From a virus (Duplodnaviria > Caudoviricetes), in the IMG/VR virus record IMGVR_UViG_3300042564_005954, positions 1 through 62,553 of that record: 62,553 bases of DNA; one strand, given 5' to 3'. Shown here piece by piece: positions 26,858-36,643 of this stretch. Below the pieces are notes generated by a model that did not search any database, was not told the DNA's origin, and worked only from the letters and a program-made list of their open reading frames with translations. Position numbers and translations under genes: made by a program. Position 1 is the first letter of the stretch. Each line of letters starts with the position of its first letter.

Positions 26858-28009
26858 ATGATTGAGCAAGAAATTTTAATTCAATTAAGTGATGATCCAT
26901 TTGATACTAAAATTTATAAAGTTGCAATTCCTCATGATGTAAAACTAATGAAAGGAAAAACTTATACTTTAGAATCTTTAGAATTTTTAAAACAATATTT
27001 TTCTCACGAAAGTTCTATTGATCACCCTTCAGTATTAAGAAATAGCGACACCGTTAATGGAAGTGTTGAATCGATTATAGAAAAAGCAGGTGTGCCAACA
27101 GAAGCTTTAATAAATGTTAATCAAAAATATACATTAAGCTGCTCTCTTTTAAGTGAACCTAAGGAAATAGTTAATCAGCTTAAAGAAGGAATGAACCTTA
27201 GCGTTAAGGTAAAAACAGTTCAAGGTGGTAGAATGGTTGCTTCAATAGGTGATGCAATACATGAAGTTAAAGTAAAAGAACTTCTTTCTTCTATAGGAGA
27301 TAAATCAGTTGCATTTACATGTAAAGTTGAAGAACTTATACATGGAGGGTACTGGGTAAATATTGGTGGAATAAAATGTTTTATGCCAGGATCTCTTGCA
27401 GGTTTAAATAAACTTTATGATTTTGAAATGATTTTAGGTAAAGAGTTAATTGTTATGGCAGTAACATTTTCTAAAGAAAAAAATACCATTGTCGTTTCGC
27501 ATAGAGAATATTTAAGAACACTTATTCCAGATGCAGTTGACAATCTTAAAGAAACTATAAAAATAGAACGTGAAGGTTTTGTAACAGGTTGCACAGATTT
27601 CGGAATTTTTGTAGAATTTGATAGTTGTTTAACAGGTCTTATACCTTCTTCTGAATTAAATGAAGAAACGTTTAAAAGATTTAATAGCAAGGAAATAAAA
27701 GCTGGCAATAGTATAAAATTTTGGGTAAAAGAAATAATTTCTAGCAATAAAATTATTCTTTCACAAAGCGGCCCTATAGTTGATTTATGGGATGGTATAA
27801 GTGAAAAGTATAAACCTATGATGATTGTTGAAGGTAAAGTTTCTAAAGTAACAAATTATGGAATTTTTGTTGAATTAGAAAAAGGTATAAGTGGTCTTAT
27901 ACATAAATCTAAAATTAAAGATATTACCTTTAATAGAGGAGATAGCATTAATGTTAAGATTACCAGTGTTAACGAAAGTGAAAGAAAAATAACAATGTCG
28001 ATTATTTAA
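26858..28009 (+). CDS. Ribosomal protein bS1-like multi-S1-domain protein
   Basis: S1 repeats GGYWV..CFMPGS, DFGIFVEF..GLIPSSEL, NYGIFVEL..GLIHKS. Confidence 0.85.
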   Translation: MIEQEILIQLSDDPFDTKIYKVAIPHDVKLMKGKTYTLESLEFLKQYFSHESSIDHPSVLRNSDTVNGSVESIIEKAGVPTEALINVNQKYTLSCSLLSEPKEIVNQLKEGMNLSVKVKTVQGGRMVASIGDAIHEVKVKELLSSIGDKSVAFTCKVEELIHGGYWVNIGGIKCFMPGSLAGLNKLYDFEMILGKELIVMAVTFSKEKNTIVVSHREYLRTLIPDAVDNLKETIKIEREGFVTGCTDFGIFVEFDSCLTGLIPSSELNEETFKRFNSKEIKAGNSIKFWVKEIISSNKIILSQSGPIVDLWDGISEKYKPMMIVEGKVSKVTNYGIFVELEKGISGLIHKSKIKDITFNRGDSINVKITSVNESERKITMSII

Positions 28010-28017
28010 TTTAGATG

Positions 28018-28053
28018 GCCCGGTTTATCTCTAATATATAGAATAAACCGGGC
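28018..28053 (+). promoter_or_regulatory. Hairpin with a late-type promoter box in its loop
   Basis: GCCCGGTTTAT (28018-28028)/ATAAACCGGGC (28043-28053); AATATATA at 28033-28040. Confidence 0.65.
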
Positions 28054-28059
28054 TTTAAT

Positions 28060-29355
28060 ATGTACACCAACGAACAACTTAATGCTATTCACTATTCTAA
28101 AATAGGAATTGAATTTGAGTTCTTTTCTAATTTTGATCTTAAAAAAACAAAAGAAGAATTAAGTAATCTTTTAGGTAAAAAAATTAGAATAGAAGAAAAG
28201 GCTCATAGTGATTTTACTCCTACTTATGATACCTGGAAAATGGAACCTGATAATTCAGGCGGTTCTGGAATGATAGAGTTAGTAACTGGCTCGCTTCCTT
28301 ATGCAGAAACGAAGATTGTAATTGCAAAAATGTTAAAGTGGATAAAAGAAAACGGTTCAACAAATGATAAGTGTTCTATACATATAAACATATCATTTGA
28401 TGGAGAAAAATTAGGTCCAGTTGCAAACATATCCAAACTTGATATAGGTAAATTTGTACTTAACTTTGATGAAGAAGCAGTATATAATGCATTCCCTAAT
28501 CGTAGGGATTCAGTTTATGCAAAGACAATTAAATTTATAGTACCTCTTAGTGGAATGACACAACCTTCTTCTGCTAACACTCTTTGGAAAAATTACATGT
28601 TTGTAAAAGAAAAATATTATGGTGTAAATTTTTCTAAAATACCAAAGAATTATATTGAATTTAGATACTTAGGAGGAAAGGATTACCAATTAAAATATGA
28701 CACCATTATGAAAATGGTTAATCATTTTATTGTGTCTCTTTACGATACTTTAACAAATCCAACTTATACTAAGGAAGATAAAGAAAAATTGGAAAAGATA
28801 CTTAAGCAGCATGAAGAAGTAGTTAAGTCTTACAAATCTTATAGTAATTTTAAAAAATACTTTCCTGACATAAAGTTATTGGTAGATTTAAGAACAGCAG
28901 ATCAATTAGTTGAAATGTTTTATCCTAAAATTAGAGAAAAGATTTTTGATCTTTTAACTAAAGCAGATATGAAAGAAGGCCTAATCAATTATGATAGTGA
29001 TTTAGGGCGCATACAGATAAAAGATACAGAACTTTTAAAATGTTTTGAAATTCAAGGAGTTGATATTGTTGATTCAAAGGTTCAAGGCAATATAATTGAA
29101 TGTGATCTTTTTAATTGCGACATTCTTAATTCATCAATTATGAGATGCAATGTGTTTGGATCATCAGAAATTAAAGATTGTAAAGTTGAAGATTGTTATG
29201 TTAATAAAAATGTAACATGTTCGAACTCTTACGTATTTGGTAAAATAGGTGTTTTTAGCGGTGATATGAAAGGAGGTATATTTAGACAAGGGCGTGTAAC
29301 TAAATTTGCAAGATTTGATGATAAGGCAGAAATTATTGAAATGGAAAAAATTTAA
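28060..29355 (+). CDS. Amidoligase (COOH-NH2 ligase) family protein with C-terminal beta-helix
   Basis: IGIEFEF, IELVT, CSIHINIS, KYYGVN and IEFRY motifs; five-residue periodic C-terminus. Confidence 0.75.
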   Translation: MYTNEQLNAIHYSKIGIEFEFFSNFDLKKTKEELSNLLGKKIRIEEKAHSDFTPTYDTWKMEPDNSGGSGMIELVTGSLPYAETKIVIAKMLKWIKENGSTNDKCSIHINISFDGEKLGPVANISKLDIGKFVLNFDEEAVYNAFPNRRDSVYAKTIKFIVPLSGMTQPSSANTLWKNYMFVKEKYYGVNFSKIPKNYIEFRYLGGKDYQLKYDTIMKMVNHFIVSLYDTLTNPTYTKEDKEKLEKILKQHEEVVKSYKSYSNFKKYFPDIKLLVDLRTADQLVEMFYPKIREKIFDLLTKADMKEGLINYDSDLGRIQIKDTELLKCFEIQGVDIVDSKVQGNIIECDLFNCDILNSSIMRCNVFGSSEIKDCKVEDCYVNKNVTCSNSYVFGKIGVFSGDMKGGIFRQGRVTKFARFDDKAEIIEMEKI

Positions 29356-29358
29356 TAT

Positions 29359-30201
29359 ATGAAAAATAACTATTGTAGTAATCCTGAAGATGAAGCATGT
29401 CTTAATGAACTTATTAATGAAATTAATGATGAGTTAACTATTGCATGCCAAATACCTTTTACCGTTCCTAAGAAACAAATTATGAGAATTGTTGATAGGG
29501 CAAAGCAATATTTTTATAAAATATATGAAGATAGTGTAGAAGAAATGTACATCGGTTTACCAAGAGGAGCTGTACAAAAAGCTTCGTTTGTCGGCGGCAT
29601 ACAAAATAATAATGATGAATTAAGTAATGCAAGTTTAGAAAATACAAGAGGAATCATACCTATGCCTGATAGAGTGTGGTCTGTAAATAATGTTTTTGAA
29701 ATTAATAGATTTAGCGGAGAAGATGGTGGTTTTGGAACAAATTCATTTTCAGGATTAGATCCAGACTTTGCACTTGATAAATTTATTTATAGTGATGTTT
29801 ATGGTGCAGGTATAGGCTCAGAAAATCTTATGTATTATGTTGTAAATGAATTATTTATTGATAATGCTAGACAAGTTTTACAGCCTCAAATATCTTACTC
29901 GTATAATAGGTTATCCAAAAAATTTAGATTTCAAGGAGAGTTACCACAAAATGCGGTCATATTCCAAGTTTATGTTACTATACAAGACTGCGATCTTTTT
30001 AATGATGAAGTTTTTATACGTTACTGTATTGCACAGGCAAAAATATCTTTAGGTAGAATACTAGGAACATTCGATTATAATTTACCAGGTAATATAAAAA
30101 TAAATTATGATCTTGTTAAGTCTGAAGGACAAGAAGAATTGCAGGCAATAATAGAAGAAATAAAAGGAGATGAAGGTGTTGATTATTTCTTTACAGGATA
30201 A
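29359..30201 (+). CDS. Neck protein, T4 gp13-like
   Basis: YCIAQAKISLGRILG.F...LPG.I.IN....SEG.EE C-terminal pattern. Confidence 0.7.
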   Translation: MKNNYCSNPEDEACLNELINEINDELTIACQIPFTVPKKQIMRIVDRAKQYFYKIYEDSVEEMYIGLPRGAVQKASFVGGIQNNNDELSNASLENTRGIIPMPDRVWSVNNVFEINRFSGEDGGFGTNSFSGLDPDFALDKFIYSDVYGAGIGSENLMYYVVNELFIDNARQVLQPQISYSYNRLSKKFRFQGELPQNAVIFQVYVTIQDCDLFNDEVFIRYCIAQAKISLGRILGTFDYNLPGNIKINYDLVKSEGQEELQAIIEEIKGDEGVDYFFTG

Positions 30202-30251
30202 TGTATTATAAATCTAATAAGATTTTCTTATAATATATAATAAAAAGAATA

Positions 30252-30614
30252 ATGATTAAGGATATTTATAGCAGAGATATTGATTCACCTAAATATAGTC
30301 CTACTACTTTAGAGGTCAGTGATAATATATCCCAACTTATTCTTAAGATAGAAAATGTTCTTTTTTCAAGAAAGGGTGATGTATTAGGATCGCCTAATAT
30401 GGGATGCAATTTAGATGATTTAATTTTTTCATTAGTATTAAATGAATCTTATATAGAAAATGTTATTAATTCGCAAATACAAACATATTGTTTAAACGGT
30501 GATCAAACATTTTCAGTTAACACAAGTGTTACATTTTTTACTGTTAATGAATCAAACGGAGCTTTGGTTGATATTTTTGTAAATGAACAGAGAGTAATAG
30601 GAGCTCTTTTTTAA
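30252..30614 (+). CDS. Baseplate wedge protein, gp25-like
   Basis: VLFSRKGDVLGSPNMGCNL motif. Confidence 0.75.
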   Translation: MIKDIYSRDIDSPKYSPTTLEVSDNISQLILKIENVLFSRKGDVLGSPNMGCNLDDLIFSLVLNESYIENVINSQIQTYCLNGDQTFSVNTSVTFFTVNESNGALVDIFVNEQRVIGALF

Positions 30615-30627
30615 AAAAACATGACAG

Positions 30628-32487
30628 ATGTCATTCTTTAGTAAAACACGCATAAAAGCAACAGAATTATTTTCTGACGCATTTCAATATTTGCAAAGAA
30701 CATACGATCAAGCAATTGATGTATTTACACCTGCTTCTCCATTTGGCCAAATCTTAACAGTTGTTGCAAATTTAGGAGAACTTATTCTTTTTTATATTGA
30801 GGCTGTTGCAACTGAACTCAATATTACAAGAGCAAGAAATATAGAGTCTATTTATGGTTTATCAAGATTAACAGGCCATAATCCATCAAGAGGTATATCT
30901 GCAAGAGGTATAATAGGATTAAGACTTAATACATCTGCATCTACGCTTGTTAATGGAAATTATTTACAAATACAAAACGGTGCAAAGGTTGAATTAGGAA
31001 ATAATGGTTTTACATACTTTTTGAGATTTAACAGTGATTTTATTAGACTTGAAAAAACTGATAAAAATTTTACAAACGTTGAATTGATACAAGGAGAAAT
31101 TGAAACTCAAAATTTTACAGGTAGCGGTTTATCAATACAAAGCTATAATCTTATAACAAAAGAAGGTACTGATAATGATCTTGTTAAAGTTACAGTCGAT
31201 GGTGAACTTTATAAGAATGCTGATTCACTTTATGATATGGGTCCTAATGAAAAAGCCGTGTTAATAAAAACAAGTATAACAGGAGGGTTAACAATATTTT
31301 TTGGAACTGGACAATTCGGTTACATACCACCTATAGGATCAAGAATAATTGTAGAATATGTTAGGACAAGAGGCCAATCTGGTAACATTGGTGGTAAAAA
31401 TTTAGAGTTTAAATTTGTAGATTTTGGAACTGATGTAAGTGGTGAAAATATCGATCTTAATGAAGTTTTAGCAATTAATATAGTAAGAGCACCTAACTTT
31501 GGTTCAAATTCAGAAGATCCTTCATTTACTAGACTTATTGCACCTTACCAAAGTAACTCATTTGTTTTGGCAAATCCAAATAATTACATTTATTATTTAA
31601 GTAAATATGATTTCTTTTCATTTATAGATGCATATAATACAAAGGATGATCAATATATAAATGATGACAATATAATTTATCTTTTTCTTGTTCCTGACAT
31701 TAAAAAGAAAATAACTTCAGATACTGATTACTTTAATGTAAATGAATCGGAATTTACTTTAACAGTAGATGAAAAAGATCAAGTTTTAGAAATTCTTAAT
31801 AAGAGTGGTAGACAAGTTGTTACAGCAGAGGTTAGAATAGTTGATGCAGCAATTAAAAGATATGCTCTTAATATTATTTTAAGATATTTTGAAAACTATG
31901 ATAAAGATGAGCTAAGAGTAGAAATAAGAAAAAATCTTAATGACTATTTCTTAAATGTTAATCGTAGAGATAGAATACCGCGTTCTGATATTATTTCTAT
32001 ACTTGAAGGTATTGATGGTATTGATAGTGTTAATGTTTTCTTTATATCTGAAGAAAATGAAAATGCAATAAAAAATGGCTACTATTTTGTACCTGTTTAC
32101 GGAACCGATCCTGCTACAGATCAAAAGGTCCTAATAGAAAATAAAAAAATTGTATTAGCAGAAAATGAAGATCCGCAATTAGGGTTAGATAGTTTTGGCG
32201 ATATTAAAATAGGTAATAATGAAATAGCAATAATAAGAGGTAATTGGTTTGATAGAAATAATAATTTTTATGAAGAAGTACCTCTTCCAAATACGCTGTG
32301 TTCTCTTAATGTATTTTTTAAGGATGTTGTTGCAAATAATTTATATAATAAAACACAACAGGATAAATTTAATGAATTAAGAAGAAATAGAGGTACAACA
32401 CTAGCAACTGGAAATAATTCAAGAGGATCAAATACAGGTAGGCTTGTAGGTACACCTGTCCAAAAATCATTTAAGAATCTAAAATGA
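30628..32487 (+). CDS. Baseplate wedge protein, gp6-like
   Basis: Follows gp25; ELNITRAR..SIYGLSRLTG.P.R, IFFGTG.FG.IP, VEY..T.G..GN motifs. Confidence 0.8.
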   Translation: MSFFSKTRIKATELFSDAFQYLQRTYDQAIDVFTPASPFGQILTVVANLGELILFYIEAVATELNITRARNIESIYGLSRLTGHNPSRGISARGIIGLRLNTSASTLVNGNYLQIQNGAKVELGNNGFTYFLRFNSDFIRLEKTDKNFTNVELIQGEIETQNFTGSGLSIQSYNLITKEGTDNDLVKVTVDGELYKNADSLYDMGPNEKAVLIKTSITGGLTIFFGTGQFGYIPPIGSRIIVEYVRTRGQSGNIGGKNLEFKFVDFGTDVSGENIDLNEVLAINIVRAPNFGSNSEDPSFTRLIAPYQSNSFVLANPNNYIYYLSKYDFFSFIDAYNTKDDQYINDDNIIYLFLVPDIKKKITSDTDYFNVNESEFTLTVDEKDQVLEILNKSGRQVVTAEVRIVDAAIKRYALNIILRYFENYDKDELRVEIRKNLNDYFLNVNRRDRIPRSDIISILEGIDGIDSVNVFFISEENENAIKNGYYFVPVYGTDPATDQKVLIENKKIVLAENEDPQLGLDSFGDIKIGNNEIAIIRGNWFDRNNNFYEEVPLPNTLCSLNVFFKDVVANNLYNKTQQDKFNELRRNRGTTLATGNNSRGSNTGRLVGTPVQKSFKNLK

Positions 32488-32750
32488 GTGCAACTGATAA
32501 AAGAGTAGGATTTCCAAGTTTATATAAAGCTGCATATGAAGATGGCTGGGAATTAAAAAATCTTGGTAATGATTATACTGATACATTACTAAAAAGATCT
32601 ATGTCAAATTATATGTTTAGAAATCCTAATCTTAGTACTTTTTTACAAGACTATCTTAATCCTATTATGGTGTTTTTTGTAAATCGTGTTAAATTTTTAA
32701 GAATTTACTATAACTACGGTGTACCTAAAGATTACGAAAAAATAAACTAA
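32484..32750 (+). CDS. Small baseplate-cluster protein
   Basis: 88-aa ORF coupled on both sides. Confidence 0.6.
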   Translation: MSATDKRVGFPSLYKAAYEDGWELKNLGNDYTDTLLKRSMSNYMFRNPNLSTFLQDYLNPIMVFFVNRVKFLRIYYNYGVPKDYEKIN

Positions 32751-35700
32751 ATGGCAAAGAATTGGGAACATCTTTACTTTTTTGATAAAAGTGGAAAGTA
32801 TTATAATTTTGATTATGACAGTGCGCAGGATAAGTGGACTGGCAATATATACCTACCTCAAGTTTCAACAAATCTTTTTGAAGTTGCTCAAATTTTTGTT
32901 TTAGAAAAATTTATTGATAAAAATAGTAATGCTTTTAAATTTGGGTTTCCACATGAACCAGTAGATCCTGTTGTAACAGGCGGTCCTACGGGTGGATGCG
33001 GTTGGGAGATTGAATGGTTAGAAGATGATCCTAATGTATTTCTTTTATTTCAATTTAATTTTAACTTTTCAACAGCTACTCAGTCAGCACTTGTCATTGA
33101 AAATGATGGTCCTATTATAGAAAAGTATGATAAGATAGATGTTACACTTGATTTTGATCCAACACAAACTATTAATAGCCAAGGATATATTGTTACTTCT
33201 TTAATTAAGTCAGAAGCTTTACAAATAAATCTTGCAATAAATTCTCCTGATGAAAATACCTACAAAAGAACTCTTTTAATTAGAGATACATGTACAGGTA
33301 CTATTGTTGCAGAATTAACTGTTTATGGAGAAACTGTAGGTGAAGACGAAAGACTAAGAACTCTTACTCAAAATTTTGGATATAATATTTTAGAACAAGA
33401 TAGCACGATATTTAAAAATACCAACATAAAAGAAATACTTCCAGATTTTATTGAGGTTAATCTCAAGAGAAAGGAAATAATGTTAGAAGGACATAACATA
33501 TATCCTTTTATAGGATCATATAAAGGTTTAATTAATGCAATAAGATTTTTCGGTTATACTGATCTTGAAATTAGAGAATTTTGGAAAAATGTAAATAAGT
33601 CATCTCCTAGTTATGGTAAGTATATTCAAAGTAATCCTATAAGTATTTTTAGTCCTACCGTTGAACTTAATGACAAAAGCATAACACTACCTAATAAAAA
33701 TTTTAGAAAAACAAGTATGTTTAGTCTTATTTATAAAATTAATAAGATTAAGCCAGATTTTTTTAGTAGTGATGATTTGCCTTTAACAGAAGAAGTGTTT
33801 GAATACACTATAGAAGAAGCAGTCATAAAACTGTTTGGTCTTAAAAGAAAACTTGAAAAGGAGTTTCTTCCACTAAATGCTCACATAAAGGATATTACAG
33901 GTGAAGCTGATTTTTTCGGTCTTCTTAATCTTACAAACACAATAAGCAGAAATGACCGTAACACTATAGTTGCAGGAATAGATGCAGATTTTAAAGTTAG
34001 TCCTAGCGGATGTGTACTTATGCAAGATCTTAGAGATATAAATCAGCTTATATATGATTTTACATTTCAGCCTCCTAAAAATCTAGTATTAGGACCTTAT
34101 AACACAGGAGAAACTATTCCTCCTCCACCTATAGGACCTGACCCTAATGGACCGTTAGGATCTCCAGTTGACGGGAATGATTTTACAATTGGCGATTTAG
34201 CAGATTATTACTTAGCTTATTTTAGCAGATTTGCACCTAACATAAATACTTTAGAATATATTGAAGGTAGATCTTCTAATCGTTTACCAGATAAGCCAGG
34301 CATACCTGTTGGTGCACCTGTAGTTTTGGAAAATACAAGCTTTGGTACAATATACTGGGATAATATTGATTCTACTTGGGATCAGTTAAATAACGCAAAT
34401 AGGTACTATACGTTTGACTTTCAACCGGTTAGCCCTTCGGTAGGCGATGTATTTATAATAGAAGATCCAATAACAAACACTGGAGCAACATATACTGCGC
34501 AGGCATTAGATAATGATGTAACAGTAAGAAACCAATTGTTAACACAATTAACATCACTAAAAACTTCATTTACAGATCCTTGGCTTTTTTATGATCTGTC
34601 TGCACAAGCAACAGTGACAGGCCCTGTAGTTAGAATTTTTGGGGATAACGTTTCAAGATTAAATGTATCAGTTATAAAAGCATCAGTTTTAAGTAATGCA
34701 GAATTTAAAAAGGAACAACAAATAGATGCCCAGCTTTATACGTGGGACGGCTTATATAGGTCTAACTTTACTGAAATAGAGTGGACTGTTTATAAAGAAC
34801 AAACTGATATATCTCCAAGCTTTTTTTATACTATAAGAGGAGATATAAATGATTATGATAAATTACCTATTGTATTGCCTTATGTAGGTAATTATACGGT
34901 TGAAATAAAACTTTTTGATCTTTATAATAATATTTCTTCAAAGGTAAAAATAGAAGAAGTTTGTGTTGAGGGCAGAGAAGTTGAATATTCAGGATGGTAT
35001 CAATCAAGAAATTTAGATTATACTTGGCAGAGTGAAGGTAAATATGTTTGGGGTGATTATGGCGCATTTTGGGATTTAGCCATTTCTCCTGAAGTTACGT
35101 GGGAAGAAGAAACACCTGCTCTTTATGATTCTCTTGATCGTGTTAATGCTATACTTAATAATTTTGGATTAGGTGCAACACCAGATTTTCATTTACTTAA
35201 TTTTCAGAATAATGGTAAAGCAAGTTTTAAAGGACCTTATTATTGGAATAATTTACCTATAGGCGGATGGAACGATACATATCATCTTTGGTGGGATATG
35301 ACAATGACAAGTGGAGACACACCTGCATTTTTTGAATTTAAAAAGGTTGTTCCAAATACATACCTAAGAATAGAAGATCTTAACGGTAATGTAGGAGAAC
35401 ACTATTTTGATTTAAGTACAACAACTTTAACACAAGCTAAAAGACAACTTAATGCTAGCTTAGATCCTATTATAAGTAAATATGTTTATAACCTAGTTTT
35501 AAATACTGCATCGAAAGAAATTTATATACAAGCAGTTGCTAAGTATTTTGGTTTAAACGGAGATTTTACAGATGTAGACATGGTTGATGTAAACGGTAAT
35601 AGAATTTGCGATTACCCTGTAACTGGACAAATACCAAGTACTGCAACAGGCTGTGAAAGTATTATTTTTAGAAAGGGAAATAGTATAACAAGTAATCCTA

Positions 35701-35975
35701 CTTGGAATACTGCCAAGTTTATAAATGATGGTAAAGTTTTACCAAAAATGACTTGGATTATGTTTGTTTATGATAAATGTAAAATATCAGGTAAAGATGC
35801 TCCGCGTTGGAGAATACGAAATACAACAGACCCTACATTTGCCGATATATATTTTGAAAGTAAGTACTTAACATATCTATTTAAGAAACCTGGAAAATAT
35901 CAAATCCAATTAGAATTAAAAGATTCTAATGGAAATAAATATAAAAAGGAAAGAAATATCTTAATAATAAAATAA
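32751..35975 (+). CDS. Large baseplate protein (gp7-like position) with PKD-like domains
   Basis: IGSYKGLINAIRFFGY motif; YLFKKPGKYQIQLEL.D.NG PKD-like end. Confidence 0.6.
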   Translation: MAKNWEHLYFFDKSGKYYNFDYDSAQDKWTGNIYLPQVSTNLFEVAQIFVLEKFIDKNSNAFKFGFPHEPVDPVVTGGPTGGCGWEIEWLEDDPNVFLLFQFNFNFSTATQSALVIENDGPIIEKYDKIDVTLDFDPTQTINSQGYIVTSLIKSEALQINLAINSPDENTYKRTLLIRDTCTGTIVAELTVYGETVGEDERLRTLTQNFGYNILEQDSTIFKNTNIKEILPDFIEVNLKRKEIMLEGHNIYPFIGSYKGLINAIRFFGYTDLEIREFWKNVNKSSPSYGKYIQSNPISIFSPTVELNDKSITLPNKNFRKTSMFSLIYKINKIKPDFFSSDDLPLTEEVFEYTIEEAVIKLFGLKRKLEKEFLPLNAHIKDITGEADFFGLLNLTNTISRNDRNTIVAGIDADFKVSPSGCVLMQDLRDINQLIYDFTFQPPKNLVLGPYNTGETIPPPPIGPDPNGPLGSPVDGNDFTIGDLADYYLAYFSRFAPNINTLEYIEGRSSNRLPDKPGIPVGAPVVLENTSFGTIYWDNIDSTWDQLNNANRYYTFDFQPVSPSVGDVFIIEDPITNTGATYTAQALDNDVTVRNQLLTQLTSLKTSFTDPWLFYDLSAQATVTGPVVRIFGDNVSRLNVSVIKASVLSNAEFKKEQQIDAQLYTWDGLYRSNFTEIEWTVYKEQTDISPSFFYTIRGDINDYDKLPIVLPYVGNYTVEIKLFDLYNNISSKVKIEEVCVEGREVEYSGWYQSRNLDYTWQSEGKYVWGDYGAFWDLAISPEVTWEEETPALYDSLDRVNAILNNFGLGATPDFHLLNFQNNGKASFKGPYYWNNLPIGGWNDTYHLWWDMTMTSGDTPAFFEFKKVVPNTYLRIEDLNGNVGEHYFDLSTTTLTQAKRQLNASLDPIISKYVYNLVLNTASKEIYIQAVAKYFGLNGDFTDVDMVDVNGNRICDYPVTGQIPSTATGCESIIFRKGNSITSNPTWNTAKFINDGKVLPKMTWIMFVYDKCKISGKDAPRWRIRNTTDPTFADIYFESKYLTYLFKKPGKYQIQLELKDSNGNKYKKERNILIIK

Positions 35976-35982
35976 AAAAACA

Positions 35983-36633
35983 ATGGCTATATCAGTAACA
36001 GAAATTTTAGGAACAGATTCTTTATCAGGATCTAGACTTGTCATTAATGATAATTTTAATATTTTGGCAAGTGAAATTAATGCAATTGAGGTTTATTTTA
36101 ATCCTACAGCAGGAACAATTACAAATCTTAATGATGTAAAAACAGAAGCTCTTCGAGTTGGATTAAGTACTATACTTCTTGATATTAATGCAAGTACATT
36201 TGATATCCTAACAAATGTTAATATGACAGGTAACCTTAACCTAAACGGTGGAGGTCTTGTTAGAAATGATGTAGATCCTAACACTATAAATGACATCTTT
36301 GTAGGTCCTTCACTTAACTATAATATAGGAACAAGTACAGCACAACCACCTTATACAATTGTAAGAGTTGGAAATTCAAATACCGCTGCACTTACTCTTA
36401 ACCTTAATGATGGTGTTATTGGTCAAGAAATCTTTTTCTTTTATGCTGATGCAACAACAGGTTCTGTTGATATTATAGGTGCAGTTAATCCACTTATTCT
36501 TCCAGGTGCTGGTGCTACTCCGACAGTTACGCTTGATCAAAAAGGTACATCTGTACATCTTCTTTGTATTGATGATGGCACAGGTAATGGAGATTGGTAC
36601 ATTGCAGGCGGAATAGGTTATACTATATCATAA
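35983..36633 (+). CDS. Virion structural protein
   Basis: N-terminal ILGTDSLSGSRLVINDNF, similar to the N-terminus of the 47304 fibre. Confidence 0.55.
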   Translation: MAISVTEILGTDSLSGSRLVINDNFNILASEINAIEVYFNPTAGTITNLNDVKTEALRVGLSTILLDINASTFDILTNVNMTGNLNLNGGGLVRNDVDPNTINDIFVGPSLNYNIGTSTAQPPYTIVRVGNSNTAALTLNLNDGVIGQEIFFFYADATTGSVDIIGAVNPLILPGAGATPTVTLDQKGTSVHLLCIDDGTGNGDWYIAGGIGYTIS

Positions 36634-36643
36634 AAATTAATAA

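Noticed and set aside
26858-28009. Host chromosome or chimeric contig suggested by S1, DnaJ and GroES genes
   Set aside because: These genes are divergent, embedded among phage genes, and share their leaders and composition.
20210-32487. Bacterial contractile injection system (eCIS/T6SS) locus
   Set aside because: Neck protein, T4-like replication genes and head-type tags indicate a phage genome.
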